From assembly GCF_001194135.2 (NCBI RefSeq), contig NC_068982.1:178134036-178198035 (forward strand): 64,000 bases of DNA. Reading direction: 5' to 3'. Made by a program: the position numbers and the translations under genes. This stretch comes from Octopus bimaculoides. Lineage: Eukaryota. This document shows positions 1 to 11,444 of the stretch, piece by piece. Within the stretch, counting starts at the first letter, position 1. Each line of letters opens with the position of its first letter. The notes under the pieces were generated by a model that ran no database searches, was not told the origin of the DNA, and worked only from the letters and a program-made list of their open reading frames with translations.

Positions 1-409
1 GCCTTTCCTAATGCCAACCACTTTACATAGTGTACTGGGCACTATAATTAAAATGGGCATTAACTAAAGAATCAACAGTTCATATCCTCTTATATCATTG
101 GCAATCAACCTCCATACAAAAATAAATTGTACATTGTCATAATCTTTTCTACTCTCATTCCATTGTTCAGTTAAATACATTTTACTTCTCTCCTGAATAC
201 ATTGATAATACTTTCAAATTCCAATAAATTTTACCTAAATCAATGGTAAAATTAAATAAACTAAACTACAAGATCTATAGTCTTGGGACACAAACTGTTT
301 TTCAAACAATCTCTCAAAAAGGAAAATGGATAGAATGTCTTTCATCTCAGGTCTTCTTCATCACATTCTAAAGAATAACTAGCATTTCAAATGAAAATTA
401 AAAACTTAC

Positions 410-521
410 GCAGCACGTTCAATGGCTCCCACTTCATTGGATAATCCAAGGCCATAGTAACACAGAGATCCTAAACCAATCACAGATGCACCTGCAACCA
501 AGCCACGGCCTAGATTGAAAG
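410..521 (-). CDS. GHITM: GHITM/TMBIM5 coding exon (112 nt): (S)FNLGRGLVAGASVIGLGSLCYYGLGLSNEVGAIERA(A)
   Basis: Manual translation matches the recalled GHITM segment GRWFVAGGAAVGLGALCYYGLGLSNEIGAIEKA. Acceptor ctacacag and donor gtaagt flank it; the phase-1 start joins the 3193-3403 exon (T+CT=Ser). Confidence 0.93.
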
Positions 522-1047
522 CTGTGTAGAATAAAGAGAAGATATTGAAAGAAAAAAAAAATATTTTAAGTGAACTCGTAAATAAAAATTTAAGTTTATA
601 TTATGGTTAATATGTAAATATGTGCAAAAGATGACAGATTAATATGAAATACATGCATATTATAGATGGAAAATACAAGAAAATTCTGCTTCTTTTACTA
701 GCAAAATTCATCATCATTGTATCGTTTATTTCTAAATTTGCTGCTAAAGGCAATATTTTTCATATTTATTTATAAACTGTCAGAAAGACTTTGGGGCCAG
801 AAACAATTGCCAAGTATTGAATCATTTTATGTAGCGCAAATATTAGCCTTCAGTACATAAGTGCAAGATGTTCGCTTTTATTGCAAATGGTGGTTGCTGG
901 TTTTCAATTAAAGTATACCATAATGGATCTCATCTGGAAATAATAAAATAACATTCACTGGCACATTAACAATTGAGTCTGACACTTTTCAGATTCTTGC
1001 CAAGTGACAAGAAAATTTCAGTGGTGGAGTCATATTTTCCTCTTTAA

Positions 1048-2865
1048 CATGTTAACTGCCAACTACAAGTTATCTTGTAGTTGGCAATCTATACAATTTT
1101 GCCAGGTACGAGCATACTCGTAGAGGTCTATTTTATTGTAACGTGCTTAAAATGAACTGGCGTCTAGAACTAACATTGTGAGTGTGTTGTGGAAACACTA
1201 AAGACACCCTTTATTTGCCCAATGATATGATTTAACTTGTATCATGGCACCTGCCAGGAAATATATTTGGTAAAACATCTATATATATATCAGGTATAAG
1301 AAAAAATATTTCCTTTATCATTTATTGCAATTTTTTACATTTGGGTTGTAGTAACATATAAAAGTTTAATTCCTCTAAATTGAAATACATTATAACATGA
1401 GAAATTGAGTGTAAAGTGAAAAAATGAATGTAAAAAAAATACATACAGAAAGATTACTGAAAAATATTTTGTTATTGAAGCTTACAATTAGAACCAATTT
1501 TTATTCCTTTTCTAACTAATTTGAAATAAAAGAAAACATGTTTATTCAAAAAATTATAGACAGAATGACAAATTATTCTGCATGGAATGCCTTGAAACAT
1601 TTTTCTACGCACAAAGCTGGTTTCTCTGGGCACAAGCGTACCTAGTTTCTTTACTAAGTTTCTTTCGTGTACACACCCTGCATGGTTTGGTTGGCCTTTG
1701 TTTCTTTTCCGTAGGTGGAATTGCTTCCAAGCAGTGGAAATCTACTGCTAGAACTGGAGTTTCTTTTCGTATATGTTCGCCAAGCAAACACAGCACTACA
1801 TTATCTCTAAACTTTACAAGTTTCATTTGAGTGTTTCCTACTTTGCAATACACCTTGTGGGCATTATGGATGAGAATTTCAAAGATGTGTAGACAAATTC
1901 TCTTGTACCAACAGAGTGTTTTCCGAGGACAAGAATAATAGGAAAGCATTTGATCTGATCTATCTATTCCTGATATACCGTTGTTATAATCTCTTACAAT
2001 ATTGGGCTTCTTTGATTTTTTCTTTCCATTACGATTTATCACATCTACCATTTCCACTTGGTGCATATTACTAATTGTCAATACATCTCTCTTGTCTTTC
2101 CATTTGTACACAACTACTTCGTCTGATCTTATCCATTCTGACTCTCCTTTGTTTTTACTAAATCCTTGCGGTTGTCTTTTCGGGTAAACCTCAGAGTTCC
2201 ACATATATATGTAGATCGCTGTGGCATTGCTTTTGTCAGCGGAACAGAGTTGTAGTAATCATTTGTGTACAGAATATAATCTTTATCAAGGAACTCATCC
2301 ATCAGACTAAGCACGACTTGACCTGAATGCCCCAAGATGCCAGTTAGAGCATCTTGCTTTCCTGAATAGATAAGAATTTTTTTTACAATACCACTTGAGT
2401 CACACAGTTCATACAACTTTACACCATATTTATGTCTCTTGTACTGACAAAATACTAACTGACTATGCCAAAGTACCATGGACTTGTCAATACAAACTTC
2501 TCTCTCTCGGATGTATAATTCTTTCATAATATTTTTGAAATATCTAAGAATGGGATTATTTTATGCAAACGATCACCATTATCTTCTTCATTGTTTGGAA
2601 AAATGAAGAAATCGGAGCAGCAACTGAAAACGATTCCGACTCATTACGGAAGGAAAAAGAGATTTGTATAAAATGTTAGTGGACCAATAACTTTCTGCAG
2701 ATGGTTTGGGACATGTACCCATTTGTAGCATCAGGCCAAAGAAACACTTCATTTCCATCACATTTGTTGTATGCCAATCTTTGAACGGGGATGATGTTTG
2801 TACAAGACCTTGCTGTTGATCTAATATTTGCAAAGTGTAAGCATTAGTTTCCACAACTAATACAG
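1048..2865 (-). mobile_element. Degraded piggyBac (PGBD4-like) DNA transposon in a GHITM intron
   Basis: Three overlapping frameshifted ORFs (2854-2588, 2527-2129, 2204-1605) carry piggyBac motifs MSRNRFQLLLRFLHF, CIDKSM(V), KYGVKLY, YTNDYYNS, GIDRSDQ and a C-terminal CRVC..ETRYAC. A TTAA at 1044-1047 precedes a terminus with hairpins; the 5' end is cut by an RTE tail. Confidence 0.9.
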
Positions 2866-3077
2866 TGCCAGTACCACGTAATAAGCACTCATGCTGGTGT
2901 CACATGAAAAGCACCCAGCACATACTGTAAAGTGGCTGGTGTTAGGAAGGGCATTCAGCCATAGAAACCAAGCCAAATCAGACTGGAATCAAGTTCAGCT
3001 TTCCAACTTGTCAGCTCTGATCAAACCATCCAACCCATACCAGCATGGCAAATGGATGTTAAAGGATGATGATGAAA
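2866..3077 (+). mobile_element. 5'-truncated RTE LINE tail
   Basis: Family motif ttaggaagggcattcagc...ccaacccataccagcatgg...gatgatgatg, shared with the ORF-bearing copy at 57290-58464. Confidence 0.75.
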
Positions 3078-3192
3078 GTTAACAGTGTATTTCATGTCTA
3101 GTGATTCAGAAAATACATATCTTTTTAAAACATAAAATAAGAGACAATAAATTGAAATATGATTTAAATAGAAAGGTAATAGAAAGTATTAC

Positions 3193-3403
3193 ATGTATCA
3201 GTAGCAGGTGCCATAATGATTTCTTTCAAAGATCTGGCTTTGGCAGCTCGTGTAGCTCTTCGGGTTGAGGCACGTGCTTGATTAGTGAACATCTGTACAG
3301 GAGTGTAGAATGATGGTTTGCCAGCTTTCGTCAGGATACATGACCTCGATAGGCAGCTAGTTACAGCTGCCATTGGCAGACGACTCATTGTAGTTGCCAG
3401 CAT
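3193..3403 (-). CDS. GHITM: GHITM first coding exon (mitochondrial presequence MLATTMSRLPMAA...ARSLKEIIMAPATDT); exon extends to acceptor at 3429
   Basis: ORF 3164-3403 is Arg/Ser/Thr/Ala-rich with no acidic residue in the first ~60 aa, like GHITM N-termini. Donor GTAATA at 3192, acceptor ttttttgtag 26 nt upstream of the ATG; phase fits the 410-521 exon. Confidence 0.85.
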
Positions 3404-3453
3404 GTGGAAAGGAAACTTTGATCACAATCCTACAAAAAATAATATAATTCCAA

Positions 3454-3487
<34 letters not shown>

Positions 3488-3655
3488 ATATACATACTTT
3501 CATACATGCATACACATTCATACCTGTATACAGCTTACTCAAATGTAAGAGCGGGCAGACAGACATAGCACAAAAATATAACACAAATACAAGGTAATAA
3601 AGCAAACAGTGTAGTAGGCTTACACTCAGAAAAGAGGGAGAAATAGAAGGAAAAG

Positions 3656-3690
3656 TCTTTTACATTTCAGGTATACACTCTTCTGAAAGA
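3656..3690 (-). ncRNA. Decayed Penelope-type minimal hammerhead ribozyme
   Basis: Minus strand reads tcttt-CAGAAGA-gtgtatacct-GAAA-tg-TA-aaaga. Stem I is perfect (5 bp) and the triplet is GUA, but core U4 is changed to A and stem II is degraded. Confidence 0.45.
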
Positions 3691-3934
3691 ATACACAAGG
3701 TGAGAGAAAATGGACAAAGAAACACGTGTGTCTAATGGTCACAATGTGCATGTGTGTGTATAAAATTAACAAATTCATTCTCATGTACCCAACAGTTATT
3801 GGAATATGTGATATGCTGAATTGTTCACCTTCAAAGATATAGGCACAGACATGGCTAAGAAGTTTACTTTATAGGCACATGGTTTCAGGTTCAGTCCCAT
3901 TGCACAGCACCTTGGGAGAATTATTTTCTACTCT

Positions 3935-4135
3935 AGGCACAAGGCCTGAAATTTTGGGGGAAGGTCCAGTCGATTAGATCGACCCAAGTACGCAACAAGT
4001 ACTTAATTTATTGACCCCGAAAGGATGAAAGGCAAAGTCGACCCTGGCTGAATTTGAACTCAGAAGTTACAGACAGACGAAATACCGCTGAGCATTTCAC
4101 CCGGCGTGCTAACGTTTCTGCCAGCTCGCCGCCTT
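3935..4135 (-). mobile_element. tRNA-derived SINE (family B, gtcgactttgcctttcatcctttcggggtcgat core)
   Basis: Reverse complement of the intact copy at 60398-60610; B-box-like ctgagttcaaattc. Confidence 0.75.
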
Positions 4136-4225
4136 ACAGTACCTTGGGAGAATGTCACCCGACCAACCAATACCCTTTGAGTAGAATTGGTACATGGAAA
4201 CTGCATGGAAAATCANNNNNNNNNN

Positions 4226-4272
<47 letters not shown>

Positions 4273-4274
4273 TC

Positions 4275-4960
4275 ACACACCATCAGCATCATCATCATTT
4301 AGCATGTTTCCCATGCTGGTATGGGTTAGACAGTCTGACTGGGATTAGTAAGTCGGAGAGCTGCACCACACTGCAGTCTGTTTTGGCTTGGTTTCTACAG
4401 CTGGATGCTCTTCCCAACCACTCTACAGAGTGTACCGGGTACCTTTAACATGTCACCAGCACAGGTACCTTTTATGTGTCACTCGCATATAAAAATACAT
4501 GTATGTGTGTGTGTGTGTGTATATAAATATGAACATGTGGTGTTTGACCCTTCAAACATTGGGCAAAATGCTGCGCTAGAGAAGACCTGTCAAGTCAAGT
4601 GAAATTGTAGTTGTGGCCAATGCCATCTGACTGGCATGTAAAAGTGTTGGGCCTCACAAACGCAATGACAGGTGATCAAAACCTTTGGCGATATACCGTG
4701 CTTCTGTAGACCTGTCAAGCCAAGTGAGATCATAGTCGTGGTCAATGCTGGTGTCACATCAATGGCACCTGTGCTGGTGGCATGTAAAACGCATCCACTA
4801 CACTCTTGGAGTTGTTAGTGTTAGGGAGGGCATCAAGCCATAGAAACCTTGCCAAATCGGACTGGAACCTAGTGCAGCTCCCTGGTTTACCAGTTTTCAG
4901 TCAAACTGTCCAACCCATACCAGCTTGGAATGTGGATGTTAAACGATGATGATGATGATG
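4275..4960. mobile_element. Two RTE tail fragments in opposite orientation (4275-4470 minus, 4520-4960 plus)
   Basis: (CAT)n/(GAT)n tails and the family 3' motif on opposite strands. Confidence 0.65.
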
Positions 4961-5459
4961 GTGTTTGAGTGTTTGTTCTTGCTGAACTGAATTCATTGAT
5001 ATTTTTGGATGCCAATATCATTAATCATTCTCATATATCCAATTGTTTCTGGTATTTCTTACATTACGTACAGGACGACAATGATTGTAATCCAAATGCC
5101 AAGGCTGCATTCGACTATGACACTGCTGACTACTGATGTGTCACCTTTTATCACCTCAGTGGGTTTTTGTATGGCAGAGATTGTCATCACAAAAACGCCA
5201 AATCAAATCTTCTGGAGATACATTTTGAATTGAAAGAGTGGAAACGTTACCAGTATGTGTAAATTCATAGTTGCCACATTTGTAACAAGTTCTATCACAT
5301 TCAAGGTTACTATTTTTCTGGACAATAGGTCTTTTCATATTGGGTATTTCAATACGAAGAGTGACATATTCATAGGTAGAAGGTAAAGACCCCCTCCAGT
5401 CATGAATGACCATAGGATTGCAGCTAGAAAGTTCCCCTCCAAAGAACAAGTTCAGGAAA

Positions 5460-5695
5460 GGTTGTTTGTGGAAGACCAGCCTCCCTTCTCCATGCCACTG
5501 ATGTTATTCAAAGGAAAGGCAAAGGTCAATACAGCTTGGCAACAATGATGTTGCAACTCATTTCTACAGTGGAGTGAACTGGAGCAATGTGAAGTAGAGT
5601 GTTTTGCTCAAGAACACAACACACACCCCGGTCCGAGAATTGAACTCACTACCTAATGGTTGTGAGCCTGATGCTCTAACCAGAGCCATGCACCT
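5460..5695 (-). mobile_element. tRNA-derived SINE (family C)
   Basis: Minus strand: A-box-like ggctctggttagagc, B-box-like gagttcaattc, then gtgttcttgagcaaaacact central domain. Confidence 0.55.
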
Positions 5696-5741
5696 TCACA
5701 TATACATTCATACATATATATATATACATACACACACACAC

Positions 5742-5793
<52 letters not shown>

Positions 5794-6696
5794 NNNNNNN
5801 NNNNNNNNNNNNNNNNNNNNNNNNNNNNNNNNNNNNNNNNNNNNNNNNNNNNNNNNNNNNNNNNNNNNNNNNNNNNNNNNNNNNNNNNNNNNNNNNNNNN
5901 NNNNNNNNNNNNNNNNNNNNNNNNNNNNNNNNNNNNNNNNNNNNNNNNNNNNNNNNNNNNNNNNNNNNNNNNNNNNNNNNNNNNNNNNNNNNNNNNNNNN
6001 NNNNNNNNNNNNNNNNNNNNNNNNNNNNNNNNNNNNNNNNNNNNNNNNNNNNNNNNNNNNNNNNNNNNNNNNNNNNNNNNNNNNNNNNNNNNNNNNNNNN
6101 NNNNNNNNNNNNNNNNNNNNNNNNATTTAAAAATTTTTAAAGGCTTAACTGATTTTGCAGGTTCCCCTAATTTTCAAAAGTTGAGATAGAAAGATGTGGA
6201 GTTATGCTACAACTATCTTGCTTCTGATTGGAGCTGAAAATTCTCTTGCTTTTACAGAAAGAACATGGCTCAAATTAGTATCTGTTTTGGATATGATTTT
6301 ATTGGCCAAGATTGATCAAATGACAGGTTTAGAAATTTTCATAAGTTCCCCTCCCACCACTACTAAAGCTGTCACAGTTGAGTGAACATGTCAAATGACA
6401 GTCCCAAACAATCAAGTGTGGTCAAGGTAGTCAGGTGATTAGGCTTAGAAATTTTGTAGGTTTGGGCTATGGTCTTGCATTAATATCACGTGACAATATT
6501 TTTTGTGCAGAAATTTAAGGCTGACATGGTTGTGTAAATGTGTCTAGTGACAGTTCTACTCTCAAGTGGTTGAGTGGACAGCAGTTGTTTCTATGTAGCC
6601 TGGTGGCTAAATGGTTATGATTTGTATGTATCTATGTAAGCATAACATTTTTTCTCCCCTAAATTTGTGCACTAGTATCATACACAAAATTATATA

Positions 6697-6990
6697 TCAT
6701 CATTTAACGTCCGTTTTCCATGCTGGCATGGGTTGGATGGTTTAACAGGTCTAGAGAGCCAGTGGCTGCACCAGGCTCCAATCTGATCTGGTAATGTTTC
6801 TACAGCTGGATGCCCTTCCTAGCGCCAACCACTCCAAGAGTGTAGTGGGTGCTTTTTACATGCCACCGGTATAGAAACCAGTCAGGCAGGCGTGTCATCG
6901 ATCACATTCGGATAGTGCTTTTTACATGCCACTGGCACAGGAGCCAGTCAGGCGGGCCTGGCATCGATCACATTCAGATGGTGCTTTTCA
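6697..6990 (-). mobile_element. RTE LINE 3' tail with subrepeats
   Basis: catcatttaacgtccgttttccatgctggcatggg...gatgcccttcctagcgccaacc family motif. Confidence 0.75.
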
Positions 6991-8751
6991 CAGCAGGTTT
7001 GTTTACATCTCCGTAACCAAGCAATTTAGCAAAAGCAGCTTATAGAATGAGTACCAGGCTTCCAAAAATAAGTACTGGGATCGATTTATTCAGATGAGCC
7101 CGTCATGGTGGTGTCCCAGTATGACTGCAGTTCAAAGAGAGTAACAAGTAAAATGGTTTGGAGGAGGGTTTGAGACATGGTTATTCTTCCTCTTGTATAA
7201 TGACAAATTAACGGTTGTAAGAAAACAAGAAGGGTAAAATCCCAGGGGATTGACATTCGAGGGGAGGTGAGACTAAGTGAAGTAGTTAAAGCGATAAAGC
7301 AAGGTCTGGGGAGTGAGAGTCGGGACAATGAGCTGACAAAGGGAGGGAATGGAGAATCTGAAGGGCAAACTCGAAAGAAGTCAAGACCACTGTGACAGAA
7401 ATGGAAAAGGTAGTGAGAAGACTACGTCAATTGACTAATGATCGGAACGTATTGTCGGGCAACTTTGTGTCAATCATTTTTTTCTTTGTGCTTAGACTGC
7501 GACCATGCAGGGGCTAAAAAAAATATCAGTCGATATTTCCGTTTTCTATTTGTTTCGAAAACATCTAGGCTGTGTGTGTGTGTGTATAGTAGTAGTTGTG
7601 GTAGAAGCAGCCGCATCGTCCCAGATGTGAATAGTATTCCATTATAGGAATCACTTGAGACTTGTAAAGGGTTATTAGTTGATAAACCTTTGAAGAATTT
7701 GCTAATCCTGAGGAAGGCTAACATTGGCAATATATGAATAAGTGACATTACACAAGCAGGGCCACCTGACCAGCTTATAGGCTCTTGGGCAAATCAATGC
7801 ACTAGGCCCGCGGGCATACATTCATTGACAGCAAACCAAAGCATAAATAGATCAGAACTACGCCCCTAAACCCACGAGACCCGTGGGCAAAGCCAGCGTG
7901 TCATACCCTAAGATAGCACTGCACATATGCCTCAAGTATGTGTAAGTTACATCACAAGCTTACTACTATACCAACAGAACCTTATATTCTGGAACCAAAG
8001 TCAAATATATATTTATGATAATTTTGTAAGACAAAGTAAATTTCCCTAAACAATATTCCAAAGAAATTTCGAAATAGTCTAATAGAAATTAAGGGGTGAA
8101 TGCGAGCTGGGTGGCGAGAATAGAGAAGCGAATTGAGAGAGAAATGGTGCAAGATGTGAACAAAGGTTAACCTTCCTAAAAGGTTACATAAACAAGTTTA
8201 ACATCGCAATAGTTAAAATAAAGATTTAAAAAACCTCAACGTTGGGATACAAAACAAAAACTAAGTTGAGGTTAATAAAATAAATTTTTCTATTGGGAAA
8301 TATTTTAATTAAATTCATATAATTTCATTCTAAAACAACTTTCAAAATGAACAAACTAGGCCTCCATATATTTTAGTAAATCTGAACCAATTTATATTGG
8401 TTCAACATATATATTGGTTTCATAGTAATTTCTGAATTTAAACAAGTTGAACCAAAAACGATGATGTAGCTGACTATAAAAGACGAAAGAATTATTAAAC
8501 CGAATTCGGAAAGAAAAAAATTTCTCAAGGAAAACACTATAAGTTAAGATTGCATCAGATACAATATTTTGGCAGTTAAATCACTAACATGTGTTTATAT
8601 ATATATATTTATATATATTATATATATATATTATACTTGCTACTTCAGATAATCAATAAGAAGAGNNNNNNNNNNATATATATATATATTATATATATAT
8701 ATTATACTTGCTACTTCAGATAATCAATAAGAAGAGATTTTGTTCACTTAC

Positions 8752-8875
8752 TGTAAACTATTGGTTAAACAGGAATCAAACGAAACTTCGCGAAATACGC
8801 AGAACAAATTTTGTCTGGTTAGGAACGGTGTTAACGCATTATCACCTCTAGCTTAAATTTAGTCCGCGTTGCATT
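8752..8875 (-). promoter_or_regulatory. Probable non-coding first exon / promoter of GHITM
   Basis: Local CpG cluster in CpG-poor DNA (ttcgcgaa, ccgcgttgc, aacggt) ending in a consensus donor A|GTAAGTG at 8751 on the minus strand. The next downstream exon (3429) starts in the 5' UTR, so an upstream non-coding exon is required. Confidence 0.5.
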
Positions 8876-9082
8876 TATTGTCAGGTTGGGAGTGTGGTAA
8901 TTGGGGGCAAGAAAGATACATGATTTTTTCATCATATATTTGCTATTAGATATTGATTGTTCTATACGTTTTATTGAACATACTTTCCGAAGTAAATAAA
9001 TAATACTTTTTAGCTAAATAATCCAGAATTTGTATTTTTATGTCAACATTAAGAAATGGAGTTTCATTATTAAACTTAAACC

Positions 9083-9290
9083 ATCATCATCATCATCATC
9101 ATTTAACGTCCGTTTTCCCTGTTGGCATAGGTTTGACAGAAGCTAATAAGTCAGAGAGCTGCAACAGGCACCTGTCATCTGTTTCGAATTGTTTCTACGG
9201 CTGGATGCTCTTCCTAATGCTAACCACTTTACAGAGTGTACTGGATGTCTTTTACGTGTCACTGGTACAGGTGCCTCTTACATGCCACTG
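9083..9290 (-). mobile_element. RTE LINE 3' tail
   Basis: (CAT)n tail plus family motif. Confidence 0.7.
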
Positions 9291-9322
9291 TTTTTTTACA
9301 CTGACTGCATAGAAAATTAAAC

Positions 9323-10740
9323 ACCAGCATGGATAACAAAAGGAAGGACAGTGCTGATACAGGAGGACAAAGTAAAAAGAGGGGAAGTCAGTAATCATAG
9401 ATCTACTACTTACCATTACTTTGGAAACTATTAACTGGCGTCATAGCAAATGAGGTATATAATTTTCTGGAAAAGAGAGTCTGTTGCCAGAGGAAGAAGA
9501 AATCAAGGGGAACTGCTGATCTACCATTCATAGTAGAATATTAAATGAGGTACGAGCAAAGAAGAGGAATTTAGCTGTTGGATGAATAGATTACAGGAAG
9601 GGGCCTACAACAATGTCCCACATAACTGGCTCTTGGAGTATCTGAATATGTTCAGAGTTAATGAAAAGATAAACAACTTTTTGGAGAAAGTGATGAGGGT
9701 GTGGGAAGTAGAACGGACATATGCAAATGAATTTTTAGGTAGCACGAAAATATACATTTGTCATTGTGTTAATCCCTCTGACAAGTTTACAGAGAAAATC
9801 CAGGCCTGCCTGTCATCATTGAAGAGTACTTTTAAATAGGCCAGTTAGGCGACACTGGCATCGGCCATGGCTACAATCTCACTTGGCTTGCTGGGACTTT
9901 TCAAGCACAGCATATCTCTAAAGGTCTTGGCTGCTTGTCATTGCTGAGACCTTTGGAGAAATGCTGTGCTTGAGTTTACTAAAACCAAGATGAGAACAAA
10001 TCACTTACTTTATATGGATGACCTCAAGATATATTCAAAAAAGTGAGACAGACCAGATTCTCTGTGAGAGTATTCAGTAAAGACACTGGAATACATTTTG
10101 GTGTAGATAAGTATATAGTACTAACAAGGAAGAGAGGCTGGAAGATAAAGTCTGATGGCATAAAATTACCACAACATCAATCAACTTCTATGAAATAATG
10201 AGAGATACAAATACCTAGGAGTACTGCAAGAGGATAAGATAATGGAAGGTAAAGAGAGAGAGAGAGAGAGAGAGAGACTGGAGAGTACAAGAGGAGAATT
10301 ATGAAAATGCTCCAAACAAAATTAAATGGAGGGAACATCATTAAAGCCATAAATATATGGGTTATACCAGTATTGAGATACAATGTTCCTTTCCTGAAAT
10401 GGGCTAAGTTCAAGCTGGATAGAAACATTAGAAAGCCGTTTACAATGCACAATGCACACCAACCTAAAATTAATACCAACCAACTTTATCTACCAAGGAA
10501 GGAAGGTGGTAGACGATTACTAAACACTGAAGATATTGTTAGTACTGTGATAATGGGTCTGAAAAATTATGTGCAGAGTAAAGAAAGAATACTTTCAGAA
10601 GCCAGAGATATATAAAATGTGACTGAAATAGTATGCCAATTCAAAGAGAAAAGGAAAAAAGAAATGGAACTACATGGCCAATTCATGCAACAAGCCAAAG
10701 TAAAGATTGCTGGCTTTGGTTGACAGATGGGAACTTGAAA
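9323..10740 (+). mobile_element. Degraded R4/Dong(Rex6)-clade non-LTR retrotransposon
   Basis: PAWITKGRTVLIQ, TNHLLYMDDLKIY (YMDD at 10011-10022), KAINIWVIPVLRY, KLDRNIRK..MHNAHQPK...LYLPRKEGGR and LHGQF motifs, with many stops and frameshifts. Confidence 0.82.
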
Positions 10741-11444
10741 TAATGAGTATAATGAACTGACATAAGATTCAACTTATCTCATGTCAGTTCATTTTCTAAT
10801 ATTGCATGAAAATCTTCTACCTAATTAGCAAATCATATTCACCATCTCAAGGCTAATAAACTTCTATAAGATTATCTGATCAATTATTAGAACTGAAAGA
10901 CCAAGGTGGCCTCACTGCATGCAATCAATGCAACAGGGAATCTCTAGAAGTATGTGAGAATTATGATCTTCTAAAAGAGGATATGATGCAATTTTGTTCT
11001 GTAGGCATTGTTTTTTTTTAAACATTTACCTTTACAATAGGTCAATATGCTCCAGTCACCTAAGATAACTATTAACCTATATTTTGACCTTATATTTTCA
11101 ACCTAGTATTTTTTATATATCCTTCTTCATTTTAATTAGTAATAATGTACCTTTATTATTATAATACTTTTAAATCCATTGTATTTCAGGATGGTCATTT
11201 TTTTATCAGGATGCTTGCAACACAAATTCATAAATGTAACTTTTAAATCTTTAAAATTCCATTTATAGTAATATAACATTAGTTTTAGACCTTCCCTATA
11301 CTTTACCTATTTTGCCTTTTTTATTGTTAATTTCTTTTCTTTGTACTCTTGTTTTTCTTGTTCCTTATTGTTTAATTTTTTATAGTTTACCACAGCTCCT
11401 GCCTTGTATTTTCTACATGCTTGGATGCTTATACTGTATTATGG

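Noticed and set aside
1605-2854. Domesticated piggyBac or CSB-PGBD3-like fusion with GHITM (same strand, intronic)
   Set aside because: Transposase is frameshifted, 5'-truncated and catalytically altered (IDK, ND).
7090-8560. Short ORFs and GC-richer patches upstream of GHITM coding exon 1
   Set aside because: No recognisable protein motif or terminal structure; probably old repeats but not assignable.
8590-8736. ~60-bp direct duplication around a 10-N gap
   Set aside because: Identical sequence on both sides of a tiny gap is typical of unmerged contig overlap.
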